Shown: piece by piece, positions 48,674 to 59,941 of the stretch
Numbering within the stretch: position 1 is the stretch's first letter
How the letters are laid out: each line of letters begins with the position of its first letter
Source: a bacterium
GTDB lineage: Bacteria > JADJOY01
Reading direction: 5' to 3'
DNA length: 64,000 bases
Assembly: GCA_046331705.1 (NCBI GenBank)
Contig: JAXLQJ010000045.1
Location: 1-64,000, forward strand
Made by a program: the position numbers and the translations under genes
Notes under the pieces: generated by a model
Database searches by the model: none
What the model saw: only the letters and a program-made list of their open reading frames with translations
Told to the model about the DNA's origin: nothing

Positions 48674-50200
48674 TCAAGACGATCGAGCAGGCGATCGAGC
48701 AGGCGATCGACGCCTGGTCGGCCGAGCCGCGGCACGACCGGTGCCGCGAGCGATGGCGCGGATGCGCACGGTGTCGGTGGCGCCGCGCGCGCGCAGCCGA
48801 CCCGCCACCAGCACCACGCGATCGCCGGGCCCGGCGCAGCCCAGCCCCACCGCCGACTGCTCGGCGGCGGCCAGGAGCGGCTCGATCGCCGTCCCGCGCG
48901 GCAGCCGTCCCGCCACGACTCCCCATTCGAGGGCGAGCTGGCGCCAGGTGGTGGGCTCGGGCGTGAGCGCCACCACCGGCATCACGAGCCGCTCACGCGC
49001 CACCAGGCTCGCGGTGCGCCCGCTCTCCGTCAGCACGATCACGGCGCTCGCGCGCGCCTCGGTGGCCGCCCGCGCCGCCGCGCGCGCGGTCGCCTCGGCG
49101 GTGGTCGCGGCGACATCGAGGTGTGCGCGCGATTCGGCTCCGGGCGGAAATGCGGCGAGCTCGCCCGCGTCGAGTCGCGCGCCGATGTCGGCCTCCGCCT
49201 TGCGCACGATCCGGTCCATCGTGGCGAGCGCCTCCACGGGATACGCACCGCTCGCGGTCTCGCCCGAGAGCATCACGGCGGTGGTGCCGTCGTAGATCGC
49301 GTTGGCCACGTCGGAGGCCTCGGCGCGCGTGGGACGCGCGTGCTCGATCATCGATTCGAGCATCTGCGTGGCGGTGATCACCGGCTTGGCGTGGGCGACC
49401 GCCAGGCGAACGAGTCGCTTCTGGATTCCGGGCACGTCCTCGGGGCCGATCTCGACCCCCATGTCGCCGCGGGCGATCATGACGGCGTCGGCGACGGCCA
49501 CGATCTCGTCGATCCGCGCGACCGCTTCCGGCCGCTCGATCTTGGCGACGACGTTCGCCCGGCCGCCGAGCGCCACGATGCGCCGCTTCAGGTCCCGCAC
49601 CTCCGCGGCACTGCGCACGAACGACAGCGCGACGAAGTCGACCCCAAGCCGCACACACAGCGCCAGGTCAGCCAGATCCTTGGGCGTGAGCGCCGGCGTG
49701 CGGATGTGCGTGCCGGGCAGGTTGATGCCGCGGTGCTCGCGCAGCAGCCCGCCCACACGGACCCGCGTGTGCACCGCGCGGCCCTCGACACGTCGCGCCT
49801 CGAGCTCGAGATTGCCGTCGTCGAGCAAGATCCGCTCGCCAGGACGCACGTCGCGCGCCAGCCCCGCGTACGTGCAGCCGATCCGCCCGGGCTCGCCGAC
49901 GACGTCCTCGCTCGCCACGACGATGAGCTCGGCGCCGCGACGCAGCGCGATCGGCGCGCCGTCGCGAAGCCGGCCGACGCGGATCTTCGGCCCCTGCAGA
50001 TCGGCCAGCAGCGCCACGGGCCGGCCCGCTGCGCGGGAAACGCGGCGCACGCGCCGTGCGAGGCGCGCGTGCGATGCGTGATCGCCGTGCGAGAAGTTGA
50101 GCCGGAACACGTCGGCGCCGGCGCGCACCAGCAACGCGATGGTGTGCTCGTCGGCGCTCGCCGGCCCCAGCGTCGCGACGATCTTGGTGCGCCGGCGCAT
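48674..50200 (-). CDS. pyk: Pyruvate kinase
   Basis: RRTKIVATLGPAS, RLNFSHG, DLQGPKIR, KIERPE, MIARGDMGVE, ATQMLESM, MLSGETA. Confidence 0.97.
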   Translation of the reverse strand: MRRRTKIVATLGPASADEHTIALLVRAGADVFRLNFSHGDHASHARLARRVRRVSRAAGRPVALLADLQGPKIRVGRLRDGAPIALRRGAELIVVASEDVVGEPGRIGCTYAGLARDVRPGERILLDDGNLELEARRVEGRAVHTRVRVGGLLREHRGINLPGTHIRTPALTPKDLADLALCVRLGVDFVALSFVRSAAEVRDLKRRIVALGGRANVVAKIERPEAVARIDEIVAVADAVMIARGDMGVEIGPEDVPGIQKRLVRLAVAHAKPVITATQMLESMIEHARPTRAEASDVANAIYDGTTAVMLSGETASGAYPVEALATMDRIVRKAEADIGARLDAGELAAFPPGAESRAHLDVAATTAEATARAAARAATEARASAVIVLTESGRTASLVARERLVMPVVALTPEPTTWRQLALEWGVVAGRLPRGTAIEPLLAAAEQSAVGLGCAGPGDRVVLVAGRLRARGATDTVRIRAIARGTGRAAARPTRRRSPARSPARSS

Positions 50201-50257
50201 GGCGTTCGTTTCGTGGCGTGCTCGCGCTGCCTCAGACATCGCCTGGCCAGCCACGGC

Positions 50258-50671
50258 TCAGATGAATGGGTTCACGACCCGGATCGCCCCGTACCGCTGC
50301 CCCGAGCTCAAGTCTTCGCTGTAGACGACCCCCGCTCCGAGCGCTTCCGCCGCGGCAAGAATGGCGCCGTCCCAATACGAGATCCGAAACCGGCGGCTGA
50401 TCACCGCGGCGACCTTGACGAGGCTCGAATCGATGGCGATGCAAGGAAACGCCTCGAGCTGCTCGATCCACGCGACCGCTTCCGCCGGCGAGAGTGGGAC
50501 CGCGATCTTGTGAACGACCGTGACGTAGAACTCTTGCAACACCTGCGCAGACAAGCCGAACTCGGCCTGAGCGAGCAAGTCACGGGCTCGTTCTCGTTTT
50601 CGTACCTCGCGCTCCTGACCGGCAGCTGCGTACACCAGCACGTTGGTGTCGAGCAGGCACTCAACGCTCAT
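50258..50671 (-). CDS. vapC: PIN-domain toxin (VapC family)
   Basis: LLDTNVLVYA, QVLQEF, SYWDGAI, YSEDL, VVNPF. Confidence 0.92.
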   Translation of the reverse strand: MSVECLLDTNVLVYAAAGQEREVRKRERARDLLAQAEFGLSAQVLQEFYVTVVHKIAVPLSPAEAVAWIEQLEAFPCIAIDSSLVKVAAVISRRFRISYWDGAILAAAEALGAGVVYSEDLSSGQRYGAIRVVNPFI

Positions 50672-50891
50672 GGAGGTCGTCGCGACTCCACGTCTTGGGA
50701 CCGATTCGCGCCTTGGATCGATTGCTCAGATCGAGCAGTCGCCGGCGGGCGCGGCGGGCGCGGTCCTCACGCGTTGCGATCTCAGTCAGGAACTCGCGCA
50801 CGAGGCGGTTCACCGACGAGTGGCGAGCCGCGGCGTATTGCCGGGCCGCCGCGAGGACGGATTCGTCGACGCTCAACGTGAGATTCTTCAT
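50661..50891 (-). CDS. RHH-type antitoxin (VapB-like)
   Basis: MKNLTLSVDE...SVNRLVREFL...WSRDDLHER; overlaps the toxin start. Confidence 0.88.
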   Translation of the reverse strand: MKNLTLSVDESVLAAARQYAAARHSSVNRLVREFLTEIATREDRARRARRRLLDLSNRSKARIGPKTWSRDDLHER

Positions 50892-50926
50892 GCACACAGT
50901 TTACGTGTGACTGTGCGCTTGCTCAA
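50892..50926 (-). promoter_or_regulatory. Sigma70 promoter with overlapping inverted-repeat operator; probably leaderless
   Basis: TTGAGC-N17-TAAACT-gtgtgc-ATG. Inverted repeats CACAGT-N9-ACTGTG and CACAC-N7-GTGTG span the -10. Confidence 0.7.
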
Positions 50927-50940
50927 CACCACCTGCGAGG

Positions 50941-51873
50941 CTACTGCGGCGCACCCACCGGCACCACGTCGTGGAAACGCGTGAGATCGACGCTGCGACG
51001 CCCGTCGGCGCTCACGCTCAGCACGTCCACGAAGCGCGCGTTCCAGACGATCTCCGCGGCAACGTAGGAACGCCGCGCGTGAACCGTCTGCGAGAAGGTG
51101 TCGTCGATGCCGCTCAGCACCACGATGATCTCGGCATCGCGCTCCGCCAGTTCCGCGGCGCTCAATCCGTTGAGCGGGCTGAGCTCGTCGATGGGATGAA
51201 TCGCGGTCCACGAGAACGCGAACACCGGGCTCTCGCTGCGGAGAAAGCGCAGGTCCTCGACCCGGCGGATCGGCTCGCCCTCGGCCGTGAAGGAATTCGT
51301 CGCGATCACCGCCCGCAGGTGCGCCTCGACGAGCTGATTCGCGCGCTGATTGGCCATGCGGAAGATCAGGCACGGCATGCCCTCGCGGCGCGTGACCAAG
51401 GCCACGTTGCTGAACAGCACGCGCGCGCGGGGCTGGGCGAACTTCGAGTACATGAGGCCCGTGGCCACCGCGAATCCGAGCAATCCGACGAGCGACTCGA
51501 GGGCCACCAGCGAGTTCGCGTAGAGGCCGCGCGGCGCCATCGTGCCGTAACCGATCGTCGCCATGGTCTGGATGGAGAAGAAGAACGCGTCGAGGAACGA
51601 ATGCGGGCGCGCATGCTCGATCACGTCGCCACCGAGAACGTAGAGCGTGGCGAACATGGCGTTGGCCGAGACGTAGAAGAGCCCGAGCAAGGCGATGAGC
51701 ACCGGCCACGGCATCGAGAGCAGGCGGTGATAGAGATCGGTGAGTGGGTGCTGGCGCGCGCCGACCAGGGCGATGTTCGAGCGCCCGCTCGCGTCCAGGA
51801 CGCGCATGGCGCGCGCGTGGACCCCTGGCACGCCATGCGGCGACACTTGGCTGGAGTCGTCCCTCGACGACAT
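50941..51873 (-). CDS. Inward-rectifier potassium channel (KirBac)
   Basis: DLYHRLLSMPW, FFFSIQTMATIGYG filter, PRARVLFS, FRMANQR, HPIDELSPL. Confidence 0.95.
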   Translation of the reverse strand: MSSRDDSSQVSPHGVPGVHARAMRVLDASGRSNIALVGARQHPLTDLYHRLLSMPWPVLIALLGLFYVSANAMFATLYVLGGDVIEHARPHSFLDAFFFSIQTMATIGYGTMAPRGLYANSLVALESLVGLLGFAVATGLMYSKFAQPRARVLFSNVALVTRREGMPCLIFRMANQRANQLVEAHLRAVIATNSFTAEGEPIRRVEDLRFLRSESPVFAFSWTAIHPIDELSPLNGLSAAELAERDAEIIVVLSGIDDTFSQTVHARRSYVAAEIVWNARFVDVLSVSADGRRSVDLTRFHDVVPVGAPQ

Positions 51874-51874
51874 C

Positions 51875-53305
<1,431 letters not shown>

Positions 53306-53339
53306 GACGCGCCTTTCCGAGAACGCCCGCCGACGAGGA

Positions 53340-55607
53340 TCACGACTGCGGAACGACCGGCTCCGCGAGCACGTCCACCGGATGCACGCAGGTATCCAGG
53401 CATCCAGGCAGCTCGGGCAAGGCCTCGAGCACGTCGCCGAGCCCACCCTCGCCGAGGAACGTGTCCACCAGGTTCACCAGATTGCCGTCGCAGATGCAGA
53501 AGCGATCGGCGAAGGCACGCGCCTCGTCGCGCTTCCAGTAATAGAGATCCCACACCGTGAAGAGGTACCCGAACTCGTAGGAGGTCGGATTCTCGCGCCG
53601 GCGCGCGATGCGCTCGACCGGGAAGCGGTAGGCGGGCTCGCGGCGCGCCACGATGCCGAGCGCGCTTCTCCTCGTCTCTTGCGCCTCGCGCCACAGCGTG
53701 CGCGCGTCCTCGGCGCCGCGCGGATCGAGGCCCAGGTCGGCGCGCCGCTCGGCGACCAGCCCCCGATCGAGCAGCAGGACGTGGTGGATTCGCCGGCTCG
53801 TGATCTCGAGCGCGTCGCGAATCTCGTCGAACCAGGGACGCGCGGCGGTGGGGACCCCGCTGGCCAGCCGCGCTTGCTCGGCGACGAAGCCGGCGTAGGT
53901 CGCGTCGAGCGACGCGAGCCGTGCGATGACGTCGGCTTCGTACGCCGCGAGGCCATCGGCGTCGAGGGCGCGCACCTCCTCGGGGAGCAGCCGAACGGGC
54001 TGGTACTCCGTGCCGGCGATGAAGTGCCCGATGTCGTCGGCGGAGTCCCATCCGATCAGCTCCGCGATCCCGTTCCCCTCGAGCAGATCGACGCCTTGCT
54101 CCTCGATGACGCGCACCAGCAGGTCCTGCACCGCGGCGGCGCGCTTGCCGAAGATTCGCGTGAAGCGCGCGAGCGAGGCGCGCCAATCCTCGCGCGCGTC
54201 GTACGCCGCGGATGCCGTGAGCCAGTCGTTCAACCAATAGCCCCACTCGAAGCCGCTCGAGAAATCGATCTGTCCGTCCATGCCGGAGTCCGCGAGCCGG
54301 TGGAGATCGTTCCAGCGCGCGAAGCCGTAATGGGGCAGGAAGAGCGGCACGTCCACGTCGAACGTCACCCAGTACGCAGTCTCGGGATAGTAGAGAACGC
54401 GACGCTCGCCGATCTCGCCCAGCAGGAACTCACGCAGCGCCGAGAAATCCTCGTTGTCGTAGGTCGGTGCACGCCGGAAGAGATCGTAGAACTGGACGGT
54501 GTGCGGCATGACGCCGACCCGCGGGTCGGCGATGCCGGGCAGGAAGTTGAAGTTGATGTCGCCGAAATGCGGCGCGGTCTGCCCGGACGTGACGTGGACC
54601 TTCGAGATGAGCTCGACGCCGTAGCTCCGATCGAGCAGCTCGGCGGTGAAGTTGAGCCAATCGAAGGTGGCCTGGTCGTCGCTCGGCAAGAACTCGGCGT
54701 TCCCGAGCTCCACGTTGACGACGTCCCACGGCACCTGCATCAGCTTCGCGATGCGCGCCTCGATCTGCGGCTCGCCCGGGGCGTTGCCGTCCGGCACCAG
54801 CACCCAGCCGTTCTGCTGGTTGAACTGGAACGGCGTGTCGATGCCCACGCGCAGCCCGCGTGCGTGCGCCGCGGCCACGATCCGGCCCGCGTGGCGCAGG
54901 AACGCGTCGACGTCGACGGTGTCCTGCAGCACCCACTGGACGTAGGTCTGGCGATTCGCGACCAGCCAGTCGAGGTAACGCTCGGCCTCGGCGAGATGCT
55001 CGTCGCTCTCGATCAGGAACGAGTCCATGAGCTCGATCGGGTGCATCGTGTGAAGGTGGAAACCGCGCCACGCGTAGGTGGGCGCGCGGTCCTCCGCGAG
55101 CGTCTCGGGCACGCTCAATCGCTCGGGCACGAAGGTCTGCTCGGGATGGAAGAAACCGAAGCCGAGCGCCTCGAGGATCGCGTAGATCGCGTACTGGGCG
55201 CCCAGCGCGTCGGCGCCGCGAGCAGCCAGCACCGTGCGCCCGGCGTCTTCGCCGCGTGCGAGCCGGTAGCCGCCGGCGGGAAGATCCGCCGGACGCGCGC
55301 CTGCGAGCACGCGGTCGCCGAGCTCGCCCTCTCCCACGGCGAGGATCAGATCCACGTCGCTCTCGACCTTCGAGGCCACGTCCACCACCGCGACCGCGTG
55401 CCCGCTCGCCGCGGCCAGCAGATCCACGGCGCGCGCGAGCGCGAGCGCGGCGCCCTCGCCGCCGGGGTCGTGGGTCACGACCGAGACGCGCGTGGCCACC
55501 TGCCCGTCTTCGCCCGCGGCGCCGCCACCCGAGCAGCTCGCCAGCGCCAGCATGCACGCGAGCGCCGCGCTGCGCCGCGCACCTCGCGCTCCGCCGAACG
55601 CGCTCAT
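53340..55607 (-). CDS. Large lipoprotein, glycoside-hydrolase-like (GH20/GH67-type N-domain plus putative barrel)
   Basis: Lipobox LASC; GGYRL...GADALGAQYAIYAILEALG.GFFHP...PTYAWRGFHLH resembles the linker into a GH barrel. ATGA overlap with the kinase stop. Confidence 0.6.
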   Translation of the reverse strand: MSAFGGARGARRSAALACMLALASCSGGGAAGEDGQVATRVSVVTHDPGGEGAALALARAVDLLAAASGHAVAVVDVASKVESDVDLILAVGEGELGDRVLAGARPADLPAGGYRLARGEDAGRTVLAARGADALGAQYAIYAILEALGFGFFHPEQTFVPERLSVPETLAEDRAPTYAWRGFHLHTMHPIELMDSFLIESDEHLAEAERYLDWLVANRQTYVQWVLQDTVDVDAFLRHAGRIVAAAHARGLRVGIDTPFQFNQQNGWVLVPDGNAPGEPQIEARIAKLMQVPWDVVNVELGNAEFLPSDDQATFDWLNFTAELLDRSYGVELISKVHVTSGQTAPHFGDINFNFLPGIADPRVGVMPHTVQFYDLFRRAPTYDNEDFSALREFLLGEIGERRVLYYPETAYWVTFDVDVPLFLPHYGFARWNDLHRLADSGMDGQIDFSSGFEWGYWLNDWLTASAAYDAREDWRASLARFTRIFGKRAAAVQDLLVRVIEEQGVDLLEGNGIAELIGWDSADDIGHFIAGTEYQPVRLLPEEVRALDADGLAAYEADVIARLASLDATYAGFVAEQARLASGVPTAARPWFDEIRDALEITSRRIHHVLLLDRGLVAERRADLGLDPRGAEDARTLWREAQETRRSALGIVARREPAYRFPVERIARRRENPTSYEFGYLFTVWDLYYWKRDEARAFADRFCICDGNLVNLVDTFLGEGGLGDVLEALPELPGCLDTCVHPVDVLAEPVVPQS

Positions 55608-57610
55608 ACCGCGGGCGACCTCACCGGCCCGGTATCGGTGCGAACCGGCAGCTCGATCACGAAGGTGGCGCCGGGCGGTGGCTCGCTCTCGGTGACGAAG
55701 AGCTCGCCCTGGTGGTCCTGCACGATGGCGAAGGCCATCGACAGCCCGAGCGATTGACTGTCGCTTTCCGCGCCGTCGTGCATCGGCGGGTCGAAGATCG
55801 AGCGCCGTAGCTCGCCCGGGACGCCCGGACCGTCGTCCGCGAAGCGGATCTCGATCCGCCCCCGCTCGTTGAGCGCGGTGGAGACGCGGATGCAGCCGGG
55901 TCCCACGCGACCCTCGCCGTGCAGCGCGCGCGCCGCGTGGGTGACGAGGCTGGTGAAGGCCTGACGAAGCTGCAATCGATCGGCGGTCGTGGAGGGCAGC
56001 TCGCGCGCGAGCGAGAGCTCGACCGAGACGCCCGCGCGCTTGAGCTCGTCGGCGGCGCCGTCCAGCGTGCCGCGCACGATCGCGTTCACGTCGATCGCCT
56101 CGAGGCGCGGCCGGCGGTGACGCGCGAACGCCAGCAAGCGCCCCACGATTTGCTTGGCGCGCAACGCTTCCTCGTGGATGCGCTCGATCGAGCCGCGCAC
56201 CTTGCCTTCCACGGCGGGGTTGCGAAGCAAGAGCTGGCTGAACCCGAGCACGCCGGTGAGCGGGTTGTTGAGCTGGTGCGCGATGCCGCCGACCAGGATC
56301 GCGGCCGCCGACAGCCGCTCGCTCTGCACCAGCTGCTCCTCGAGCTGCTTGAGCCGCGTCACGTCCTCGGTGATGCCCGCGACGCGGTAGACGCGGCCGT
56401 GCTCGTCGCGCACGGGGAACGCGCGTCCGCGTACCCACCGCACCGATCCGTCGGAGCGCACCACCCGATACTCGAGCTCGCCGACCTCGCCGTTCGCCGC
56501 CTGGGTCTGCATGCGCAGCACCCCCGGGCGGTCCTCGGGGTGCACCGCTTCGAGGGCGCGCACGGCGCCGCGCTCGAGGGGCGGCCGCTCTCGTCCGGTG
56601 AGTCGCTCGTACGAGGGGCTGAGATAGAGCACGCGCGACTGGTCGACGTCGAGGATCGAGAACACGGCGTCGATGTTCTCGGCGAGCTGACGGAATCGCT
56701 CCTCGCTCGCGCGCAGGTCCAGATCGGCGCGACTGCGGCCCACCGCGGAGGCCACGTGGCTCGCGATCGCCTGCACCAAGAGCAGATCCTCGTCCGTCAC
56801 CTCGTGCGGCGCGCCGTAGTAGATCGTGACCTTGCCCAAGAGCTCGCCGCGATAGGCGATCGGCACGAACACCAGCGCGCGGATGCCCTCCTCGCGGATC
56901 GCGGTGCGTACCGCGGCGACGCGATCGTCTCGCTCGACGTCCTCCACCACGATGGGCGCCGGGTGCGCGTCGCCGCGCGTCCACGGCGAATGGCCCTCCA
57001 CCGCCTGGCGATAGCGCTCGGAGATGCCCTGCCACGCCTGGAAACGCATCCGGCCCGTCGCGTCGAAGAGCAAGATCGCGGCCCGGCGCGTGTGCAGGGC
57101 GCGCTCCGCGCCCTCGATGGCCTCGGCGTAGAGCTCCTCGATCGGGCGAGCGTGGCTCGACGCGTCCGCGAGGTTGTAGACCGCGCGCATCGGCTCGAGG
57201 CGGCGCCGAAGCTCGTCCTCGAACCGGATTCGCTCGCTGCGCTGCTCGGCTTGGCGGGCCGCGAGCGAGAGGCGCACTCCGAGCACGGCCGCGTCGACCG
57301 GCGTGCGCACGTAGTCATCGGCGCCCGCCGCGATCACGGACGCGATGAGGTCCGTCTGATCGCGTCCGGCGGCCACCAGCACCACGGTGCGCTCGCCGAG
57401 CTGCGCCGAGCGGATCTGACGCACCAGCGACGTCGCGGCGGCGAGCCGCACGCTCAGGTCGACGAGCACCAGCGGGAACTCCGCGCGCTGATGACGATCC
57501 CACGCGTCGTCCACGCCGCTCGCCGCCACCACCTCGTGTCCGAGCGATTCGAGGAGCTCGGGCCACGCGCGATGGGTGCGCGCTGGATCTTCGACGAGGA
57601 GAATCCGCAT
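55604..57610 (-). CDS. REC-GAF-PAS-HisKA-HATPase sensor, degenerate (pseudokinase candidate)
   Basis: MRILLVED receiver, GAF, PAS/PAC (SEERFRQLAENI, VHPEDR, DGSVRWV) and HQLNNPL; altered N and G2 boxes. Confidence 0.85.
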   Translation of the reverse strand: MRILLVEDPARTHRAWPELLESLGHEVVAASGVDDAWDRHQRAEFPLVLVDLSVRLAAATSLVRQIRSAQLGERTVVLVAAGRDQTDLIASVIAAGADDYVRTPVDAAVLGVRLSLAARQAEQRSERIRFEDELRRRLEPMRAVYNLADASSHARPIEELYAEAIEGAERALHTRRAAILLFDATGRMRFQAWQGISERYRQAVEGHSPWTRGDAHPAPIVVEDVERDDRVAAVRTAIREEGIRALVFVPIAYRGELLGKVTIYYGAPHEVTDEDLLLVQAIASHVASAVGRSRADLDLRASEERFRQLAENIDAVFSILDVDQSRVLYLSPSYERLTGRERPPLERGAVRALEAVHPEDRPGVLRMQTQAANGEVGELEYRVVRSDGSVRWVRGRAFPVRDEHGRVYRVAGITEDVTRLKQLEEQLVQSERLSAAAILVGGIAHQLNNPLTGVLGFSQLLLRNPAVEGKVRGSIERIHEEALRAKQIVGRLLAFARHRRPRLEAIDVNAIVRGTLDGAADELKRAGVSVELSLARELPSTTADRLQLRQAFTSLVTHAARALHGEGRVGPGCIRVSTALNERGRIEIRFADDGPGVPGELRRSIFDPPMHDGAESDSQSLGLSMAFAIVQDHQGELFVTESEPPPGATFVIELPVRTDTGPVRSPAV

Positions 57611-57706
57611 TCCGCGTTCCGGTGCGAAGCCTACCAGGCTCGGCTCTCGGGCGTCGGTTCGTCCCGCCGCGGGCGGTCGCTCGTCACCCGCGAGCGCCGG
57701 GGATGG

Positions 57707-58510
57707 TCATTTCTTGCGACTGCGCGCGCGCCGGAACTCCGGCTTGCGCTTCTCGAGGAACGCGTCGCGACCTTCCATGGACTCGGCGGTGTCGTAGAAG
57801 AGCCCGAGCGCGCCGACGCCCAGGTTCGTGACGCCGACCGTCCCGTCCACCTCGGCGTGGAACGCGTACTTGAGCATCTTGAGCGCGGTGGGACTCTTGT
57901 CGAGCAGCTCGGCGCACCATTTGTCGACCTCGGCGTCGAGCTGATCGTCGGGCACGACGGCGTTCACGAGGCCCATCGCCAGCGCCTCGCGGGCGGTGTA
58001 TCGGCGGCAGAGGTACCAGATCTCCTTCGCCCGCTTCATGCCCACCAGCCGCGCCAGGTCGCCCGTGCCGTAACCGGGGTCGAAGCTCCCGACGCGCGGC
58101 CCCGCTTGGCCGAATTGGGCCCGCTCGCACGCGATGCTGAGGTCGCACGCCACGTGCCACACGTGCCCGCCGCCGATCGCGTAGCCGTTCACCCGCGCGA
58201 TCACCGGCTTGGGGATCGAGCGAATGAGCTGGGTCACCACCTGCCACCCCACCTCCAGCGGCAGCGTGCGCACCGATCCCGCGTAGCCGCCCGCTTCGCG
58301 CGTCGTCTGGTCGCCGCCGGTGCAGAAGGCGCGCTCGCCGCTGCCGGTGAAGACCACGACGCCGACATCGTCGTCCATCCACGCCTCGGTGAACGCCTGC
58401 GCCAGCTCGTGCACCGTGAGCGCGGTGGCGGCGTTCAGGCGCTCCGGTCTCTCGATGGTGATCCGAGCCACTCCCGCCCGCGCCTCGTAGCGCACCTCGT
58501 GCAGCTGCAT
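57707..58510 (-). CDS. menB: Crotonase family protein: 1,4-dihydroxy-2-naphthoyl-CoA synthase (MenB) or BadI-like hydrolase
   Basis: AFCTGGDQ, GYAIGGGH, GPRVGSFDPGYG, AKEIWYLCRRY, EGRDAFLEKRKP. Confidence 0.7.
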   Translation of the reverse strand: MQLHEVRYEARAGVARITIERPERLNAATALTVHELAQAFTEAWMDDDVGVVVFTGSGERAFCTGGDQTTREAGGYAGSVRTLPLEVGWQVVTQLIRSIPKPVIARVNGYAIGGGHVWHVACDLSIACERAQFGQAGPRVGSFDPGYGTGDLARLVGMKRAKEIWYLCRRYTAREALAMGLVNAVVPDDQLDAEVDKWCAELLDKSPTALKMLKYAFHAEVDGTVGVTNLGVGALGLFYDTAESMEGRDAFLEKRKPEFRRARSRKK

Positions 58511-58673
58511 CGCGCTCCTCCCGGTCCCGAGTGTGGATTCCCCCACCATCGTCCGCATTCCGTCGTCGCGCCGCGGCTGCGAACGCCCTTCCGTGGCGCC
58601 GCGTGCGATGCGGCTCGAGCGCGCAGCATGCTATATCGATCGAGCATCCTGCGCGTGTTTCGCACCGCCCCCC

Positions 58674-59939
58674 ATGGACTCCTCCAAGCTCTACGACCCC
58701 GCGGTCCTGCGCAACAAGGTTCCGACGCTTCATCCGCGCTATCAGTGGATGAAGCTCGAGCTCGAGCCGGACGATCGGATCGTGCTCACGACGATCTCCG
58801 GCCGCCACACCGTCGAGCACGTGATCGAGCTGACCGGGCTGCCGGAAGACTCGGTCGCGCGCGTGATCCTCAAGCTCGTGGGACGCGGCGTGGTCTTGTG
58901 GGACGACGATCTGCCGTTCTACGACGAAGCCGCCTTGCTCGAGGTCGTCCCCACCTTCGATCCGCAGAACACCAACCGCAACGCGCATCTCGACGATACC
59001 GACCGGATGCTGCTCACGCTCATCAACGGCCGCACCTCGGTGCGCCAGATGGAAGCGGCCCTGCCGCTCAGCCGAGATCGGCTCTTCGCGAGCGTCATCC
59101 GGCTGCGCTTGGCAGACGTGATCGGAGTGGTCGACGCCGGGACCAAACCAGTGGATGCCCGCGCGGAGGCCGCGGCCGCGGTCACGAGCTACCAGGTACC
59201 CGAGTCGTCGGCCTCACCCAGGCAAGCACCCGCGGCACCACCTCCCGCGGCATCCGCTCCACCACCAGCCCCCCTACAGCCAGCGACATCGAGCGTCGGC
59301 ACCGCGGCCAGCGCACCCGAGCCCAGCGCACCCAAGGCCTACAAGACGCGTCAGGACGCCTTCGAGGAAGCGACGCGGCGCCTGCTATCCGGCGAGTCGC
59401 TCGCGGCCGACGTGAGCGATCCCACGGCAACGCCCGCGCCGCGCAAGGGCACCGGGCCGGTGCGCGATCACGAGCCGCCGCGCTACGAGCGCAAGACCGG
59501 GCGCGCCGGCGACAAGAAAGAGAGCAAGAAGACGCGCACGGCGGAAGTGCGCGCCCGCGCGGCCGCGGAACCCGCGGCGAACCCGGGCTCGCGGCTGCCG
59601 GTCATCGCCGTCGGTGGCTTGATCGCGGCGGCGTTGGTGGTCGGCGGGTTGGCGGTGGGTCGTGGCAAGGACCGTGCGAATCTGCGCGGCGGCCACCAGA
59701 CGATCGAGTCGTTCCACGGCATCATCGAGCTTTCCCAGATCCTGCCGCGTCAGTCCGGCAAGTTCCAGGCGCAAGTCGCGCCGAGCTGGTTCCAGATGTC
59801 GAGCGCCGCCAAGCGCCAATCCGTGCGTGGAATGGCCACCGCGCTCGACGCCGACGGAGTCAAGGCGATCGTGCTCACCGACGACGACGGCCGGATCGTC
59901 GCCGAGTGGGAAGACGGGGCGCTGACGCTGCACGAGTAG
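58674..59939 (+). CDS. Bitopic protein: two tandem winged-helix-like repeats, Pro/Ala linker, TM and C-terminal domain
   Basis: Repeats LYDPAVL..VP...DDRIVLTTISGRHTV and FYDEAAL..VP...TDRMLLTLINGRTSV; TM segment LPVIAVGGLIAAALVVGGLAV. Confidence 0.75.
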   Translation: MDSSKLYDPAVLRNKVPTLHPRYQWMKLELEPDDRIVLTTISGRHTVEHVIELTGLPEDSVARVILKLVGRGVVLWDDDLPFYDEAALLEVVPTFDPQNTNRNAHLDDTDRMLLTLINGRTSVRQMEAALPLSRDRLFASVIRLRLADVIGVVDAGTKPVDARAEAAAAVTSYQVPESSASPRQAPAAPPPAASAPPPAPLQPATSSVGTAASAPEPSAPKAYKTRQDAFEEATRRLLSGESLAADVSDPTATPAPRKGTGPVRDHEPPRYERKTGRAGDKKESKKTRTAEVRARAAAEPAANPGSRLPVIAVGGLIAAALVVGGLAVGRGKDRANLRGGHQTIESFHGIIELSQILPRQSGKFQAQVAPSWFQMSSAAKRQSVRGMATALDADGVKAIVLTDDDGRIVAEWEDGALTLHE

Positions 59940-59941
59940 TT

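Noticed and set aside
48681-48710. GATCGAGCAGGC tandem repeat (about 2.5 copies) at the pyk 3' end
   Set aside because: It is very short and only produces a low-complexity SPAR tail; there is no evidence of function.
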